A DNA stretch of 64,000 bases from Candidatus Omnitrophota bacterium (GCA_035292445.1 DATDQB010000013.1:7884-71883), one strand, 5' to 3'; shown: positions 36,599 through 46,805, counted from the stretch's first letter. Numbers and translations: made by a program. The notes: generated by a model from the sequence alone, not told the origin.

Positions 36599-37278
36599 TG
36601 CTTGAGCCTGTCCCGTTCTTTTTCAACCTCTTTAAGCTTCTTCTCCAGTTCAAGGTAATCGGACTTGGCGACCCACGCGGTGTCTTCCTTTTTCTTGGCC
36701 AGATCCGCGTTTTCCCTTTTCAATTCAGCCACTTCCCTGCGCAACGCAACCCCCTCTTCGGTCAAACCCTTGACCTGCAGCTCGAGCTTGCGGCGGATCT
36801 CCTGAAGTTCATTGACCTCGGTCTTCCTCTGGTTCAATTCCCTATCGAAACGTAAATTCTCGGCGTGCTCTTTCGCATAATTTTCCTGCGCCTCAACAAG
36901 CTGACCCTTCAATCCCTGCAGCTGTTTGTTCGTTTTTTCAAGATCCTTCCCTTCCTTCTCCTGCCAGCCCCTTTCCTGGGTCAATTTTTCATGGAACTTC
37001 TTTGCTTTTTCCTGTTCGATCAGAAGGGCCTTCTGAAGGTCTTTCTCTTTCTTTTGTAAAACGATAACCTCGTCCCTCAGCTGGCTATTATGCTTTTGGA
37101 CCCTCGTAGCGATCAGTTCCCAGTTCTTTTGCTCCTGCTGCTCCTGCAGCTGCTCCTTCTTTTTCTTCTTAGCAACCGCGCCGGAACGCGTCGGCATCGC
37201 CAGGATCACGATCAATAAAAGAAGGATGAAAACGATGGCAATGATAATGCTAATCTGCACCATAATGGTTAAACGCAC
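36595..37278 (-). CDS. Membrane-anchored coiled-coil protein
   Basis: N-terminal TM helix, then about 190 aa of KE/Q-rich heptad coiled-coil. Confidence 0.6.
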   Translation of the reverse strand: MRLTIMVQISIIIAIVFILLLLIVILAMPTRSGAVAKKKKKEQLQEQQEQKNWELIATRVQKHNSQLRDEVIVLQKKEKDLQKALLIEQEKAKKFHEKLTQERGWQEKEGKDLEKTNKQLQGLKGQLVEAQENYAKEHAENLRFDRELNQRKTEVNELQEIRRKLELQVKGLTEEGVALRREVAELKRENADLAKKKEDTAWVAKSDYLELEKKLKEVEKERDRLKQ

Positions 37279-37284
37279 CTTTCT

Positions 37285-39081
37285 TTAATCTTGCCCTTGT
37301 TGGGCTTTCAACTCTGACAACAGAAGCTGATAGTTGGCCCTTGTGGCGGCATCTTCGGGGTGTTGCTGCAGGATCTCCCCATAAAGCCGAAGAGCCTGCT
37401 CACGTTCGTTCAAAAATATGTAAATGGTGGCCAAATTCGTCTTGGCCATCACATTGCCGGGATCGATCGCCAGGGCCTTCTCAAAATGTTCCTTCGCCTC
37501 AAGCGGCTTTTTAAGCCGGGCAAGATCGATCCCTAAATTATTGTACAAAGTCGTATCGCCGGGATCCAACGCGATCGCCTGCTGCAGCCAATGGAGCGCC
37601 TCCTCATACTGATGGAGCGCCTCATAACTATGGGCCATGTTGAAACAAATCGTCTTTAAAAATTCCCGGTAAAATTTCGTGCTCTTTTTATCCTGGCTTT
37701 TAGGGAGATAACCGCTCATGATCGCATAGGCCTTCTTGTATTCCTGGATCGCCTGAGGGTATTGCCTCTCCCAAAAATAAGCGCCGGCCAATAACGAATG
37801 GACGCGGCCGAATTCACTCTGGTAGCGAAGGGTCCGCTGAAAAAGCGGGATCTCCCCCCGCCAGAACGTATTTTGCCTGATCGTCACGGCCAACGAAATA
37901 ACACAGACCAATAGGAAGACCCAAAGGCTGCGCTGGCTGTTCCTTTGCGTCCAACCTTCGATAGATGTGAATAGAAAAAGAAAAACACCGACCATTGGAA
38001 GATATAAGAAATGCTCTGACGTCAGGATCAGCGAATATTCATTAATTAAAGGAAGGATCGTCGACACGGGCCCCCAGCACAAAAGGACCCACCCCACGCT
38101 AAAGATCAACAGTGTTTTCTTAGGCCAAGTGGTCCTTTGAACGACTAAAAAAACCACCACCAAAAAGATGGCCAGCAGGATCGTCGGTAAAAGAAAGGGC
38201 TGCAGTATGTCGGTGCTGCGGTAATAATGCAGATCGTACGGCAAGAAAAGGACCCTCAAATACATTAACAAAACCCTGGGTGTGGCCAGAAGCCTCAGCC
38301 AAAGCTCCGAGGTATTTGTCCCGATATGCGAGAGGACAGAGCCGATATAATAATTTCGAAAGGCCAGATAAAATAGCAGGATCAGAAAATAACAATAGAT
38401 CCCGGGCTTGAACAGGGCCCGACGTTTATCAAGGAAACACAGCTCATACAGAAGTATTAAGAAAGGCAGGATGACGGCCTGTTCTTTTGTCAGTAACGCT
38501 AATATGAATAAAGCCAGCGAAGCCCAAAAGCTTCCGGGCTTTTTTTGCCCGGCCGAACGCACATAAAGAAGCAGGCTACCCAGGATCAGCAAAGTGAATA
38601 ACAAATTGGATATGCCGGAAACGCAAGCCACGGCTTCCGTCTGCACCGGATGGATGAGAAAAACGACGGCCAGCGCCAAGGCAAATGCTTTTCGTTTGTT
38701 GCTGACCAGAAACATGATTTGATAAATAAGGAAACTGTTCAGGATATGTATCAAGACATTGATGAAATGATAGCCCGCGGGATTAAGCCCAACGAGCTTG
38801 TATTCCAGCCGGTAGAACAGCTCCAAGAGCGGGCGCCAATAGGTATTGATGACCGGGGTCTTCCCGGCTGAGCTGGATGTGTAAAGGAATATATCGACAA
38901 GATTTATTTCCTTGATATGCGGGTTGTCCTCGATGAAGACGATATCGTCATGGACGAAAGGGTGATTGACGGCGTTGCCAAATGCCAGAAGGCCTAAGAC
39001 CGACAGGAGGGCAAATATGCGAAACGGCGGGCTTTCTTCAATAAAGCGGTGAATCTTCTGAGTAATGGAAGGAAGGAACAC
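37285..39081 (-). CDS. Multi-pass membrane protein with a C-terminal TPR array; GT-C/TMTC-like candidate glycosyltransferase
   Basis: About 11 predicted TM helices with an early periplasmic DD/DE loop (VHDDIVFIEDN), then four or more TPR repeats, 598 aa. Confidence 0.7.
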   Translation of the reverse strand: MFLPSITQKIHRFIEESPPFRIFALLSVLGLLAFGNAVNHPFVHDDIVFIEDNPHIKEINLVDIFLYTSSSAGKTPVINTYWRPLLELFYRLEYKLVGLNPAGYHFINVLIHILNSFLIYQIMFLVSNKRKAFALALAVVFLIHPVQTEAVACVSGISNLLFTLLILGSLLLYVRSAGQKKPGSFWASLALFILALLTKEQAVILPFLILLYELCFLDKRRALFKPGIYCYFLILLFYLAFRNYYIGSVLSHIGTNTSELWLRLLATPRVLLMYLRVLFLPYDLHYYRSTDILQPFLLPTILLAIFLVVVFLVVQRTTWPKKTLLIFSVGWVLLCWGPVSTILPLINEYSLILTSEHFLYLPMVGVFLFLFTSIEGWTQRNSQRSLWVFLLVCVISLAVTIRQNTFWRGEIPLFQRTLRYQSEFGRVHSLLAGAYFWERQYPQAIQEYKKAYAIMSGYLPKSQDKKSTKFYREFLKTICFNMAHSYEALHQYEEALHWLQQAIALDPGDTTLYNNLGIDLARLKKPLEAKEHFEKALAIDPGNVMAKTNLATIYIFLNEREQALRLYGEILQQHPEDAATRANYQLLLSELKAQQGQD

Positions 39082-39092
39082 ACCAGTCGTTG

Positions 39093-39443
39093 TTATTTAA
39101 GCTCTTGTTTGACGGTTTCGATCCGTTTTGTTAATGCCGTGTACGTCTCATCCAGCTTGGCCAACAGGTCATTGCCCGGGGACAGATCGTTCTTCTTAGC
39201 CATATCCTCCATTTGGAGGAATATTTCGCGCAAACTCTTGGCCGAGATATTTCCCGAGGCGCCCTTCAAGGAATGGGCCACGCTTTTGAGCTGGTCTATG
39301 TCCTTTTTCGAGATGGCCTCCCCCAATGCCGCCCGCTTGCCCACGTAATCGGCCATGAAGATATCCAAGAGCTCCAAAAGAAGGTCGATATCATCTTGCA
39401 CCCGTTCTTTGAACTCGTCTAGATCCAACAATTGATCGTTCAT
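39093..39443 (-). CDS. Histidine phosphotransfer (Hpt) domain protein
   Basis: The HSLKGASGNI motif with the phospho-accepting His, 116 aa. Confidence 0.8.
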   Translation of the reverse strand: MNDQLLDLDEFKERVQDDIDLLLELLDIFMADYVGKRAALGEAISKKDIDQLKSVAHSLKGASGNISAKSLREIFLQMEDMAKKNDLSPGNDLLAKLDETYTALTKRIETVKQELK

Positions 39444-41758
39444 GATTTTATCCTTTTTTTTAATGTGTTACTGATGGTTTCAAACAGGCTTTTGCGCTCG
39501 ATCGGCTTGATGACAAAAGCATCCATGCCGGAATTGAGGCATTTCTGCTTGTCCTCCTGCATGGCGCGCGCCGTTAAAGCGACGATGGGGATATGTTTTC
39601 CCGTCTTCATCTCGTTCTGGCGAATGATCCGTGTTGTTTCAAGGCCGTCCAGATCCGGCATGCTGGCATCCATCAGAATAAGGTCGAATTTGTCTTTCTC
39701 CAACAAATTCAACACTTGTTGGCCGGTTTCAACCGTTGCCACAACACAACCCTGGTTCTCCAGAAGCTTACGTGCGATCTTTTGATTGACGATATTATCT
39801 TCCGCCAATAGTATCTTCAAGCCTTTCAGGTCCCCTTCCTTAAAGACCTTGGTCACTTCACTCTGGTCTTGGCCGTAAACGGGACTGGTGCGCGCCTTCT
39901 CTTCCTTAACAATTTTATAATTGGCCGTAAAATAAAAAGTGCTTCCCTTAAACTCCTCGCTTTCCATCCAGATCCGCCCGCCCATCATCTCGACCAATTT
40001 CTTGGAAATGGCCAGCCCCAACCCCGTCCCGCCGAAACGCCTGGTCGTTGAATCGTCAGCCTGCGAAAACACATTAAAGATCCTGTCTTGCTTGTCTTTG
40101 GGGATCCCGATCCCCTCATCTTCAACGGAAAAAAGGAACATCATCTCCTCTTTTTTTACCGAGGCCACTTTAATGGCCGTGGTGATGGTCCCCCGGTGCG
40201 TGAACTTGATGGCGTTGTTGATCAAATTCACCAGGACTTGCCTCAAGCGCACCGGGTCCCCGCAGACCAGCTCCGGCACCTTTGGGTCTATCTTCACTTC
40301 TAATTTCAAATCCTTCTCGTTGGCCAAGACCGACATCCCCTTCAGAACGCTTCTGGCGACATTGTGCAGATGAAATTCAATGGTTTCCAGCTTAAGCTTC
40401 CCGGCCTCGACCCTGGAGAGGTCCAAGATATCATTAAGAAGGCTCAAAAGATTAACGGCCGCTTCCTTGGCCACTTTAAGGTTCTCCCGCGGTTCTTCGC
40501 CCAATTGGGTGTCCAGGGTCAGATCGATCATGCCCATGATCGTGTTCATGGGTGTTCTCACCTCATGGGACATATTGGCCAAAAAGAGCGATTTGGCGCT
40601 GTTGGCCTCCTCGGCGGCGAGTTTGGCCTGGATCAGCATCTCCTGAATGCGTTTTTGTTTGGTGATATCCTGCATGATGCCCACCGAACCGATAATGTTA
40701 TTTTGCGCGTCGCTTAAAACATTGATGGACAAGTCCACATCCATCGTTTCCCCGTTCTTGCGCCGGGCCCTGGTCTCAAAATGATGGAGAGAGCCGATCC
40801 TCCTGACATTCGCTTTTCGGATCCTGTCCCATTCACTGGGAGGATAAAGGATGCTCACATGCTTAAGGTACAGATCCTTCTTAGTTAAGCCCAGCAGATC
40901 TTCCATATACTTGTTCCATGAAACAATGCGCTCCTGCTCATCCGTCAGGGTGATCCCGGCGGCCGAGTTGTCCAGAATGATGCGGATCTTGTTCTCCGAC
41001 TCGCGGATGCGCCGCTCGGCTTCCTTTTGACTCGTGATATCCCGGATAATGCCGATAGAGCCCATGATCGCCCCTTCGGGATCGCGCAGGATCGAAATGG
41101 AAATATTCACGTCGATCAACGCGCCGTTGCCTTTATACATTTGCGTTTCGATATCGGAAAGTACCCCTTTCTGGCGGATGCGGAACGAGCGCATCCTCTC
41201 CCACTCATTGGGAGGATACAGATTCTTGATCGGCTTATTGAATAAATCTTCCTGCTTCATCTCCAGCAGCTTTTCCGTGAACGGGTTCCAGGCAACGATC
41301 TTCTCCTCTTTATCGGCCACGGTAATGGCCGCCGCCGTGTTGTTAAAAATGGTCTTAAAAAGCTCCCTTGATTCCGCTGATTCTTTTTCCAGATCCTTCC
41401 GGTTTGAAATGTTCTCGATCGTCCCGTCAATATGCTGGCTTTCTCCCTCTTTATCTTTCACGACAACGGCCGAAATGCTGGCCCAGATCGTATTGCGGCC
41501 GCGGCCTTTCAGTTGTGTTTCAAAGCCCCTCAACGACCCTTCATTCAACAACAATTGATAAAATGACTTGAAAGAATGCCCGTCGACAAAAATGCTGGGC
41601 ACGGTAAGCTTGGTGTCCTTGCTTTGGCTTAATCCCAACAGCGACTTAAGGCGGGTATTAAGGAAGATGAACTGCGGATGGCTCCCCTGCGTGCACCGGA
41701 AAACCCCCAGCGGCAAGTTCTCGATCAGGTCCTTAAACTCCAATACGCTTTTATTCAT
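39440..41758 (-). CDS. Hybrid sensor histidine kinase: PAS repeats, HisKA, HATPase_c, C-terminal receiver
   Basis: Three PAS-like blocks, the H-box SHEVRTPMN, N/G boxes, and a receiver with LLAEDN...LMDASMPDLDG...K. Confidence 0.9.
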   Translation of the reverse strand: MNKSVLEFKDLIENLPLGVFRCTQGSHPQFIFLNTRLKSLLGLSQSKDTKLTVPSIFVDGHSFKSFYQLLLNEGSLRGFETQLKGRGRNTIWASISAVVVKDKEGESQHIDGTIENISNRKDLEKESAESRELFKTIFNNTAAAITVADKEEKIVAWNPFTEKLLEMKQEDLFNKPIKNLYPPNEWERMRSFRIRQKGVLSDIETQMYKGNGALIDVNISISILRDPEGAIMGSIGIIRDITSQKEAERRIRESENKIRIILDNSAAGITLTDEQERIVSWNKYMEDLLGLTKKDLYLKHVSILYPPSEWDRIRKANVRRIGSLHHFETRARRKNGETMDVDLSINVLSDAQNNIIGSVGIMQDITKQKRIQEMLIQAKLAAEEANSAKSLFLANMSHEVRTPMNTIMGMIDLTLDTQLGEEPRENLKVAKEAAVNLLSLLNDILDLSRVEAGKLKLETIEFHLHNVARSVLKGMSVLANEKDLKLEVKIDPKVPELVCGDPVRLRQVLVNLINNAIKFTHRGTITTAIKVASVKKEEMMFLFSVEDEGIGIPKDKQDRIFNVFSQADDSTTRRFGGTGLGLAISKKLVEMMGGRIWMESEEFKGSTFYFTANYKIVKEEKARTSPVYGQDQSEVTKVFKEGDLKGLKILLAEDNIVNQKIARKLLENQGCVVATVETGQQVLNLLEKDKFDLILMDASMPDLDGLETTRIIRQNEMKTGKHIPIVALTARAMQEDKQKCLNSGMDAFVIKPIERKSLFETISNTLKKRIKS

Positions 41759-42059
41759 GGGGCATGCCTTTCCCCGGCAATTTCAAATTAATGATGATGG
41801 CCATCAGGTTGAACACCGATATGACCATCGCCAAAGAAACAATGCAGATCACGCGGATCTGCTCCCAATTCCTGGGATGCTCCGCCGGCATGATCTCGTT
41901 ACTGACATATGAGATGACCGCCAGCGCAAAGATGACGGTCGAGCCGATCACCACAAACATAAAAAAAGAAAAAAGACAAGCGATCAAAACAACAAGGGCG
42001 TTGTAAACAGCACTGTTCCCTTTGGAAATCTTGCTGGCCGCTACCCCGATACGTTTCAT
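41751..42059 (-). CDS. Small hypothetical membrane protein with three predicted TM helices
   Basis: Hydrophobicity only. It overlaps the kinase start by 8 nt. Confidence 0.4.
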   Translation of the reverse strand: MKRIGVAASKISKGNSAVYNALVVLIACLFSFFMFVVIGSTVIFALAVISYVSNEIMPAEHPRNWEQIRVICIVSLAMVISVFNLMAIIINLKLPGKGMPHE

Positions 42060-42127
42060 GATCGTTTAAAGTCCATTAGAATTATAAAGGAAAAGTTGCC
42101 ATTTGGCACGCAAAGAAAGCACAAATT

Positions 42128-42907
42128 TTATCTTGCCGCCGTAACGCCGCCATAATTATCTTTAACCGTTAGGATGCCCTCTTTGACCGCTTCGATACGG
42201 TCATCCAAATAAGGATGGCTGCGTAAGATCTGGGGCATCCGCACGCCTTCCTTCTCCTCTTCTTTCAATATCTCGAAAGTCTCGATAATGGCCTGAGGGT
42301 CATACCCGGCCAGATACATGTATTTAATGGCCAACCGGTCCGCTTCGTGTTCGTCTTTCCGGCTATAAGAAGAAAAGACGATGCTCATAACGGCGTTGGA
42401 ACTTAAATTAGCCATGCGCTGGGCCGAGACGCTGTCGATCTGGCTAAGGACGAGCTGGCCGATCAGATCGTACGTCAACGCGGCCTGGAATTTCTTGACC
42501 GAATGGCGGGCGGCGCAATGGCCGATCTCATGCGCCAAGACGGCGGCCAGCTGGTCATCCGTTCTCAATTTGTTCAACAGCCCGCTGTGCACATAGATAT
42601 TCCCGCCCGGTGCGGTAAAGGCATTCATCTCGTCTTCTTCAATCACATAAAAATGGTAAGCATAATCCTGCCGGTCCGACACGTGGACCAAATCCTGGCC
42701 GATGCGCTCCACCCTTTGCAAAGCTGCTTCATCCGTCGAAAGCCTGTAACGGCCGGTGATATTACGGTGAATATCTTCGCCCATTTCCACTTCGGCAGGG
42801 GTGGAGATATAAATGAATTCGTTGCGGCCGGTGGCCGGGTTATAGGTGGAGCTGCAGCCTGCCGCAAATATACACAAAACAAGGATAAGATCTCTTGCCG
42901 TCTTCAT
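42128..42907 (-). CDS. M48 family zinc metallopeptidase lipoprotein (BepA/HtpX-like)
   Basis: Lipobox AAGCSS and the HEIGHCAARH zincin motif. Confidence 0.85.
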   Translation of the reverse strand: MKTARDLILVLCIFAAGCSSTYNPATGRNEFIYISTPAEVEMGEDIHRNITGRYRLSTDEAALQRVERIGQDLVHVSDRQDYAYHFYVIEEDEMNAFTAPGGNIYVHSGLLNKLRTDDQLAAVLAHEIGHCAARHSVKKFQAALTYDLIGQLVLSQIDSVSAQRMANLSSNAVMSIVFSSYSRKDEHEADRLAIKYMYLAGYDPQAIIETFEILKEEEKEGVRMPQILRSHPYLDDRIEAVKEGILTVKDNYGGVTAAR

Positions 42908-43521
42908 CGCTCGAACTTAACGACCTTTTCCCACCATTGGCTGGTATCGTATTTTTTCATGCTCTGCCACAGCCCCTTGGCGGAAGCCGTCTTTAAATGG
43001 TCCGGGGCCTGTTGAAAGAACTTCTTCGTCTTGAAATGGCCGCTGTCAAAATATTCCTTAGCCTGCAATAAACACTCCAGGATATCGGCATCCCGGGCGA
43101 TGAGGCTTTCCAAAGTTTGTTGCCTTTCGTATTCTTTTCTTAAACCATTCAGCTCGCTTTTGATCGACGGATCCAGCTCCCCGATCTGATCGCTGAAGAC
43201 CTTGCGCTCCGCCTCTTTGAAATTGATGTAATAATGGCCCATTTTATGCAGATCATTGATCCTGGCCTCATGAATGTCGTTAAAAAGGGCCATCACGATG
43301 GATTTATAAGGGTCCGCCTTTTCCAGATGCGCCAGGTAATACGCCATGATCGCGCAGCGGAACGAATGGTCCGCAACGCTCTCCGGGTCCTTAATGCCGG
43401 CGACCCACCAGCCGCTGCGCTTGATGAACTTCAAAAGCCCCGCTTCGGCGAAAAGGTTCAGCGCCGACGTATCATTGTACTTGGCTTTACGTTTTCTTGA
43501 ATTTTTGTTTGATGGTTTCAT
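42904..43521 (-). CDS. HD-domain phosphohydrolase (YfbR-like 5'-nucleotidase). Start moved to MKPSNKN.
   Basis: The H..D motif (VADHSFR) and a downstream D of the HD superfamily. Confidence 0.7.
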   Translation of the reverse strand: MKPSNKNSRKRKAKYNDTSALNLFAEAGLLKFIKRSGWWVAGIKDPESVADHSFRCAIMAYYLAHLEKADPYKSIVMALFNDIHEARINDLHKMGHYYINFKEAERKVFSDQIGELDPSIKSELNGLRKEYERQQTLESLIARDADILECLLQAKEYFDSGHFKTKKFFQQAPDHLKTASAKGLWQSMKKYDTSQWWEKVVKFER

Positions 43522-44212
43522 AGCACAAAAGAGTCGTGGCAGCCGCCACATTCAACGACATGGTATCGACCAGCATGGGAATGGTGATTTTTATATCAAG
43601 GTTCTTCATGACGCCCTCGCGGATCCCCTTTTGCTCGCCGCCTATCACCAGGCCTATATGCGCCGGCAGCTCGACCTCGTAGATGTTCTCGCCGTTTCTG
43701 GTCACGGCCCCGATAATGGTAAAACCGCTTTCCTTGGCCTCTTCGATGGCGTGATTGAGATTGGAGACCTGGGCGACGGGGACGTAATTTTCCCCTCCGG
43801 AGGCGATGCGCAGCACGGTTTCCGTGATGCCGACGCTGTGGCGTTGGGGAAGGACCAAAGAGAACCGCCCCAGACTTCCCAGGCTGCGGATAATGGCCCC
43901 CAAATTCTGCGGATCGGTCAGCTCATCCAGAAAGATGAGCGTTCTTTTTTTACTGACGGCGTGCTCCAACAATTCATCGAAATCCACATATTCGGCGTCA
44001 TCGACATCGGCCAAGATCCCCTGCGTATTTTTATCCCGGCCGATCTTGTGCATTTGGGCGGCATGGATCGTTAAAACAGGTATGCCGAACTTTTTGGCTT
44101 TACCGCGGACAAACCCACTCTCCGAGAAACCCTCCTCAAGATATATCCTTCTGATACTCCGGGGGTTGGCCCGCAGCCTCTCAAAAACTGGATTTTTTCC
44201 TGCCAATTTCAT
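43487..44212 (-). CDS. RlmB-like SpoU family 23S rRNA 2'-O-methyltransferase
   Basis: N-terminal substrate-binding domain plus the SPOUT motifs GAIIRS and LNVAAA. Confidence 0.8.
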   Translation of the reverse strand: MKLAGKNPVFERLRANPRSIRRIYLEEGFSESGFVRGKAKKFGIPVLTIHAAQMHKIGRDKNTQGILADVDDAEYVDFDELLEHAVSKKRTLIFLDELTDPQNLGAIIRSLGSLGRFSLVLPQRHSVGITETVLRIASGGENYVPVAQVSNLNHAIEEAKESGFTIIGAVTRNGENIYEVELPAHIGLVIGGEQKGIREGVMKNLDIKITIPMLVDTMSLNVAAATTLLCYETIKQKFKKT

Positions 44213-44475
44213 TATTGGGAAAGGATCGCGTCGCGCTCCTGAACTTCTTTGGTATAGTCGTTGTCCAATTCATCCATGCGTTCAACATATTCCGCGTAGG
44301 TGATCTCCTTGCGTAAATACTGGCCCTCCAGATCATCCCGCTGTTGTTTATAATCTGTAAAATGAGGGTCTTGGATGATCGCCCGCGGGTCTTCCAGATA
44401 ATCTTTGAGCGTCTGCCCCTCATAGGCGCAACCGGCTAACAGGAGCGTTAAAGAAACAAAAAGCGCTTTTTTCAT
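44212..44475 (-). CDS. Small lipoprotein with an LAGCA lipobox
   Basis: Signal peptide, lipobox and an acidic C-terminal region, 87 aa. Confidence 0.5.
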   Translation of the reverse strand: MKKALFVSLTLLLAGCAYEGQTLKDYLEDPRAIIQDPHFTDYKQQRDDLEGQYLRKEITYAEYVERMDELDNDYTKEVQERDAILSQ

Positions 44476-44494
44476 AGGATCTTCCCCTCTTTCG

Positions 44495-45229
44495 TTATTT
44501 TTTTAGACCGAATCCCAGATAAAAGACCGGCTTTAAAATACTCCACCAGCCGACAATGGGCTTCATTTTCGTATAACCCAATTTCCTCGGTGGATAGATC
44601 TTGGTAACGGGTGCTTCTTTGAATTTATATCCCAACTTAATGGCCTTGAAAAGAATATACGGCTCAAGTTCATAATGGTCCAGCCAGCTCTGGCCGACAT
44701 TGATATTTTTATCGTCAAAAAGCGATAAGCGGAAAGCGCGAAAACCGTTCGTCGTGTCCGTCAGCTTTTTTCCCGTAAAGCATGACATCAAAAAGGGGTG
44801 AAGTTTCGTCGCCCATTTTCGGTAGGCCGGCATGTCCCCGCCGACACCGCCTTGCGCCAGATACCGTGAGCCTTGGACAAAATCATAACCGTCATTAAGG
44901 ATCGGGTCGATCAGCCGCGGGATCTCATCCGGATTGTCCTTATCATTGCCCGCCATGATGACCAACGCCTCATAATGGTGCTCGCGCGCGTAGTTGATGG
45001 CGCTGCGGATGGCCGCGCCAACGCCCTGGCGGGCCTCGTGGCGGATCGTGGCGACACCTTGAGCGGCGAAGCTGCGGATCACGTCCGTTGTCCCATCGGT
45101 AGAAGCGTCATCGACGATCAAATAATCGGCTTTCGCTCGAACGGGAGTTTTCAAAAAACGCTGGATGGCACTCTTTAATTTGACGTTTTCATTGAAGGCC
45201 ACCGGAGACACCAAAACTTTATTCATCAA
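44495..45229 (-). CDS. Family 2 glycosyltransferase, polyprenyl-phosphate sugar synthase-like (Dpm1/ArnC-like)
   Basis: GT-A fold with the DD and DxD motifs (LIVDDASTDGT, QGSRYL), 244 aa. Confidence 0.8.
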   Translation of the reverse strand: MMNKVLVSPVAFNENVKLKSAIQRFLKTPVRAKADYLIVDDASTDGTTDVIRSFAAQGVATIRHEARQGVGAAIRSAINYAREHHYEALVIMAGNDKDNPDEIPRLIDPILNDGYDFVQGSRYLAQGGVGGDMPAYRKWATKLHPFLMSCFTGKKLTDTTNGFRAFRLSLFDDKNINVGQSWLDHYELEPYILFKAIKLGYKFKEAPVTKIYPPRKLGYTKMKPIVGWWSILKPVFYLGFGLKK

Positions 45230-45779
45230 AGACTAAACCCTTATTGGTCTTTTTAAATCTCTTGCCGCAGCGGCATTTGTACTGGCTGTCCAAGGAAAAG
45301 CCGCAGAAACACACATAGCCGATCTGCCTGGCCGGAGAGCCCACCACCAGCGCGTGATCCGCCACGTCCTTGGTCACCACACTGCCGGCCCCCACCATCG
45401 CGTAGCTGCCGACCGTCAATCCGCATAAAATGACCGCATTTGTCCCCAGCGTGGCCCCCTTCTTGACCAATGTCTTTTCGAATTCACAGCCGTCTTTGCG
45501 GTTCGCCCTAGGCAAACGGTCGTTGATAAAGGCGATGTTGGAGGCGATGAAACATTCGTCCTCGATCGTCACGCCGTCAAAAATAGCCACATTGTGCTTA
45601 ATGGTCACGTTGTTGCCGACCTTGGCCCCCTTTTCGATGAAGCAGCCGTCACAGATGTTGCACCCTAGGCCCACGACGGCCCCTTCCTGGATATTGGAGA
45701 ACGCCCACACGCGCGTTCCTTTGCCGATGGAGGCCCCTTCTTCCACGATCGCTTTTTCATGCTTAAAATAGTCTGCCAT
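45219..45779 (-). CDS. Hexapeptide-repeat sugar N-acetyltransferase (WbpD/WlbB-like)
   Basis: Left-handed beta-helix repeats and a C-terminal Cys-rich tail, 186 aa. Confidence 0.75.
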   Translation of the reverse strand: MADYFKHEKAIVEEGASIGKGTRVWAFSNIQEGAVVGLGCNICDGCFIEKGAKVGNNVTIKHNVAIFDGVTIEDECFIASNIAFINDRLPRANRKDGCEFEKTLVKKGATLGTNAVILCGLTVGSYAMVGAGSVVTKDVADHALVVGSPARQIGYVCFCGFSLDSQYKCRCGKRFKKTNKGLVFDE

Positions 45780-45791
45780 GGCCGATCCCTT

Positions 45792-46805
45792 CTAGAGTTT
45801 GATCCGTTTACCGTCTTTATTGATCGATTCCTGGATGCCGCAAAGGGTTTCGACGACATCCATCCCTTTTTGCGCGTCGGCGTTGATAGGTTGCTGGTCC
45901 TTCTTAACACACTCAAGAAAATACGACCCCTGCGCCTTTAAAGGTTCCGCCAGGTCGATCTTGGGGATCATAGTGTTCCCCTCCTGCGACAATAATTGAA
46001 ACTCGCCGTACGTAGCATAATAGGTGCTCGTCTTCTCGACATGTTTATCATAGACCTTCACCGGCCCCGCGCTATCCAGATCATCCCACACCAGCATTTT
46101 CTTATCGCCGACGATCGTGATCTGCCTGACCTTTTTCGGGTCCAGCCAGCTCACGTGAATATTCACCAATAAATTATCCGGGTATTGCAAATGGGCGAAA
46201 GCCAGATCTTCCAAGGAGGTCCCCAACACCTTTTGCCCATGGCCGATGACGCTTAAAGGTTTGGCATTGAAAAGATAATTAAAGATCGAAATGTCGTGCG
46301 GCGCCAAATCCCATAAGGCGTTCACGTCGTAACGGAACGGCCCGAGGTTAATGCGCGTTGAGTACGCGTAATGGATGCGCCCCAATTCGCCGGATTCGAT
46401 GAATTTCTTGACCCAGCTGATGCCGGCGTTAAAAACAAAAACATGGCCGACCATTAAGACCCTCTTTTGCTTGGCGGCGAGCGTTTTTAGCTGCGCGCAT
46501 TCTTTGGGGGTGAGCGCCAAGGGCTTCTCGCACAGGACGTGCTTGCCGGCCAATAACGCTTCTTTGGTAATCTTAAAATGCAGATTCGTCGGCACGGAAA
46601 TGACAACGGCATCCACTTCCTTGGCCTTTAAGAGTTCCTGGTAATCCTTGGTCGTTTTGATGGCGGGGTAAAGCCCCTGAATGTGCTTGAGCCTCTTTTC
46701 ATCCGGGTCCGCGCACATGACGGATTGGCTATCGGGCAGTTGGGAAAAAACGCGGATATGGTTCGGCCCCCAATAACCGCAGCCGATGATACCTACTCTG
46801 ATCAA
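45792..46805 (-). CDS. Gfo/Idh/MocA family NAD-dependent sugar oxidoreductase (WbpB/WlbA-like)
   Basis: N-terminal Rossmann GIIGCGYWG, the EKP motif and a C-terminal alpha/beta domain. Confidence 0.8.
   Translation of the reverse strand: MIRVGIIGCGYWGPNHIRVFSQLPDSQSVMCADPDEKRLKHIQGLYPAIKTTKDYQELLKAKEVDAVVISVPTNLHFKITKEALLAGKHVLCEKPLALTPKECAQLKTLAAKQKRVLMVGHVFVFNAGISWVKKFIESGELGRIHYAYSTRINLGPFRYDVNALWDLAPHDISIFNYLFNAKPLSVIGHGQKVLGTSLEDLAFAHLQYPDNLLVNIHVSWLDPKKVRQITIVGDKKMLVWDDLDSAGPVKVYDKHVEKTSTYYATYGEFQLLSQEGNTMIPKIDLAEPLKAQGSYFLECVKKDQQPINADAQKGMDVVETLCGIQESINKDGKRIKL

Noticed and set aside
33308-44212. The two SpoU-family methyltransferases (33308..34105 and 43487..44212) as a recent duplication
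   Set aside because: The sequences are clearly divergent: one is RlmB-like with an N-terminal domain and the other is TrmH-like. They are different SPOUT subfamilies.
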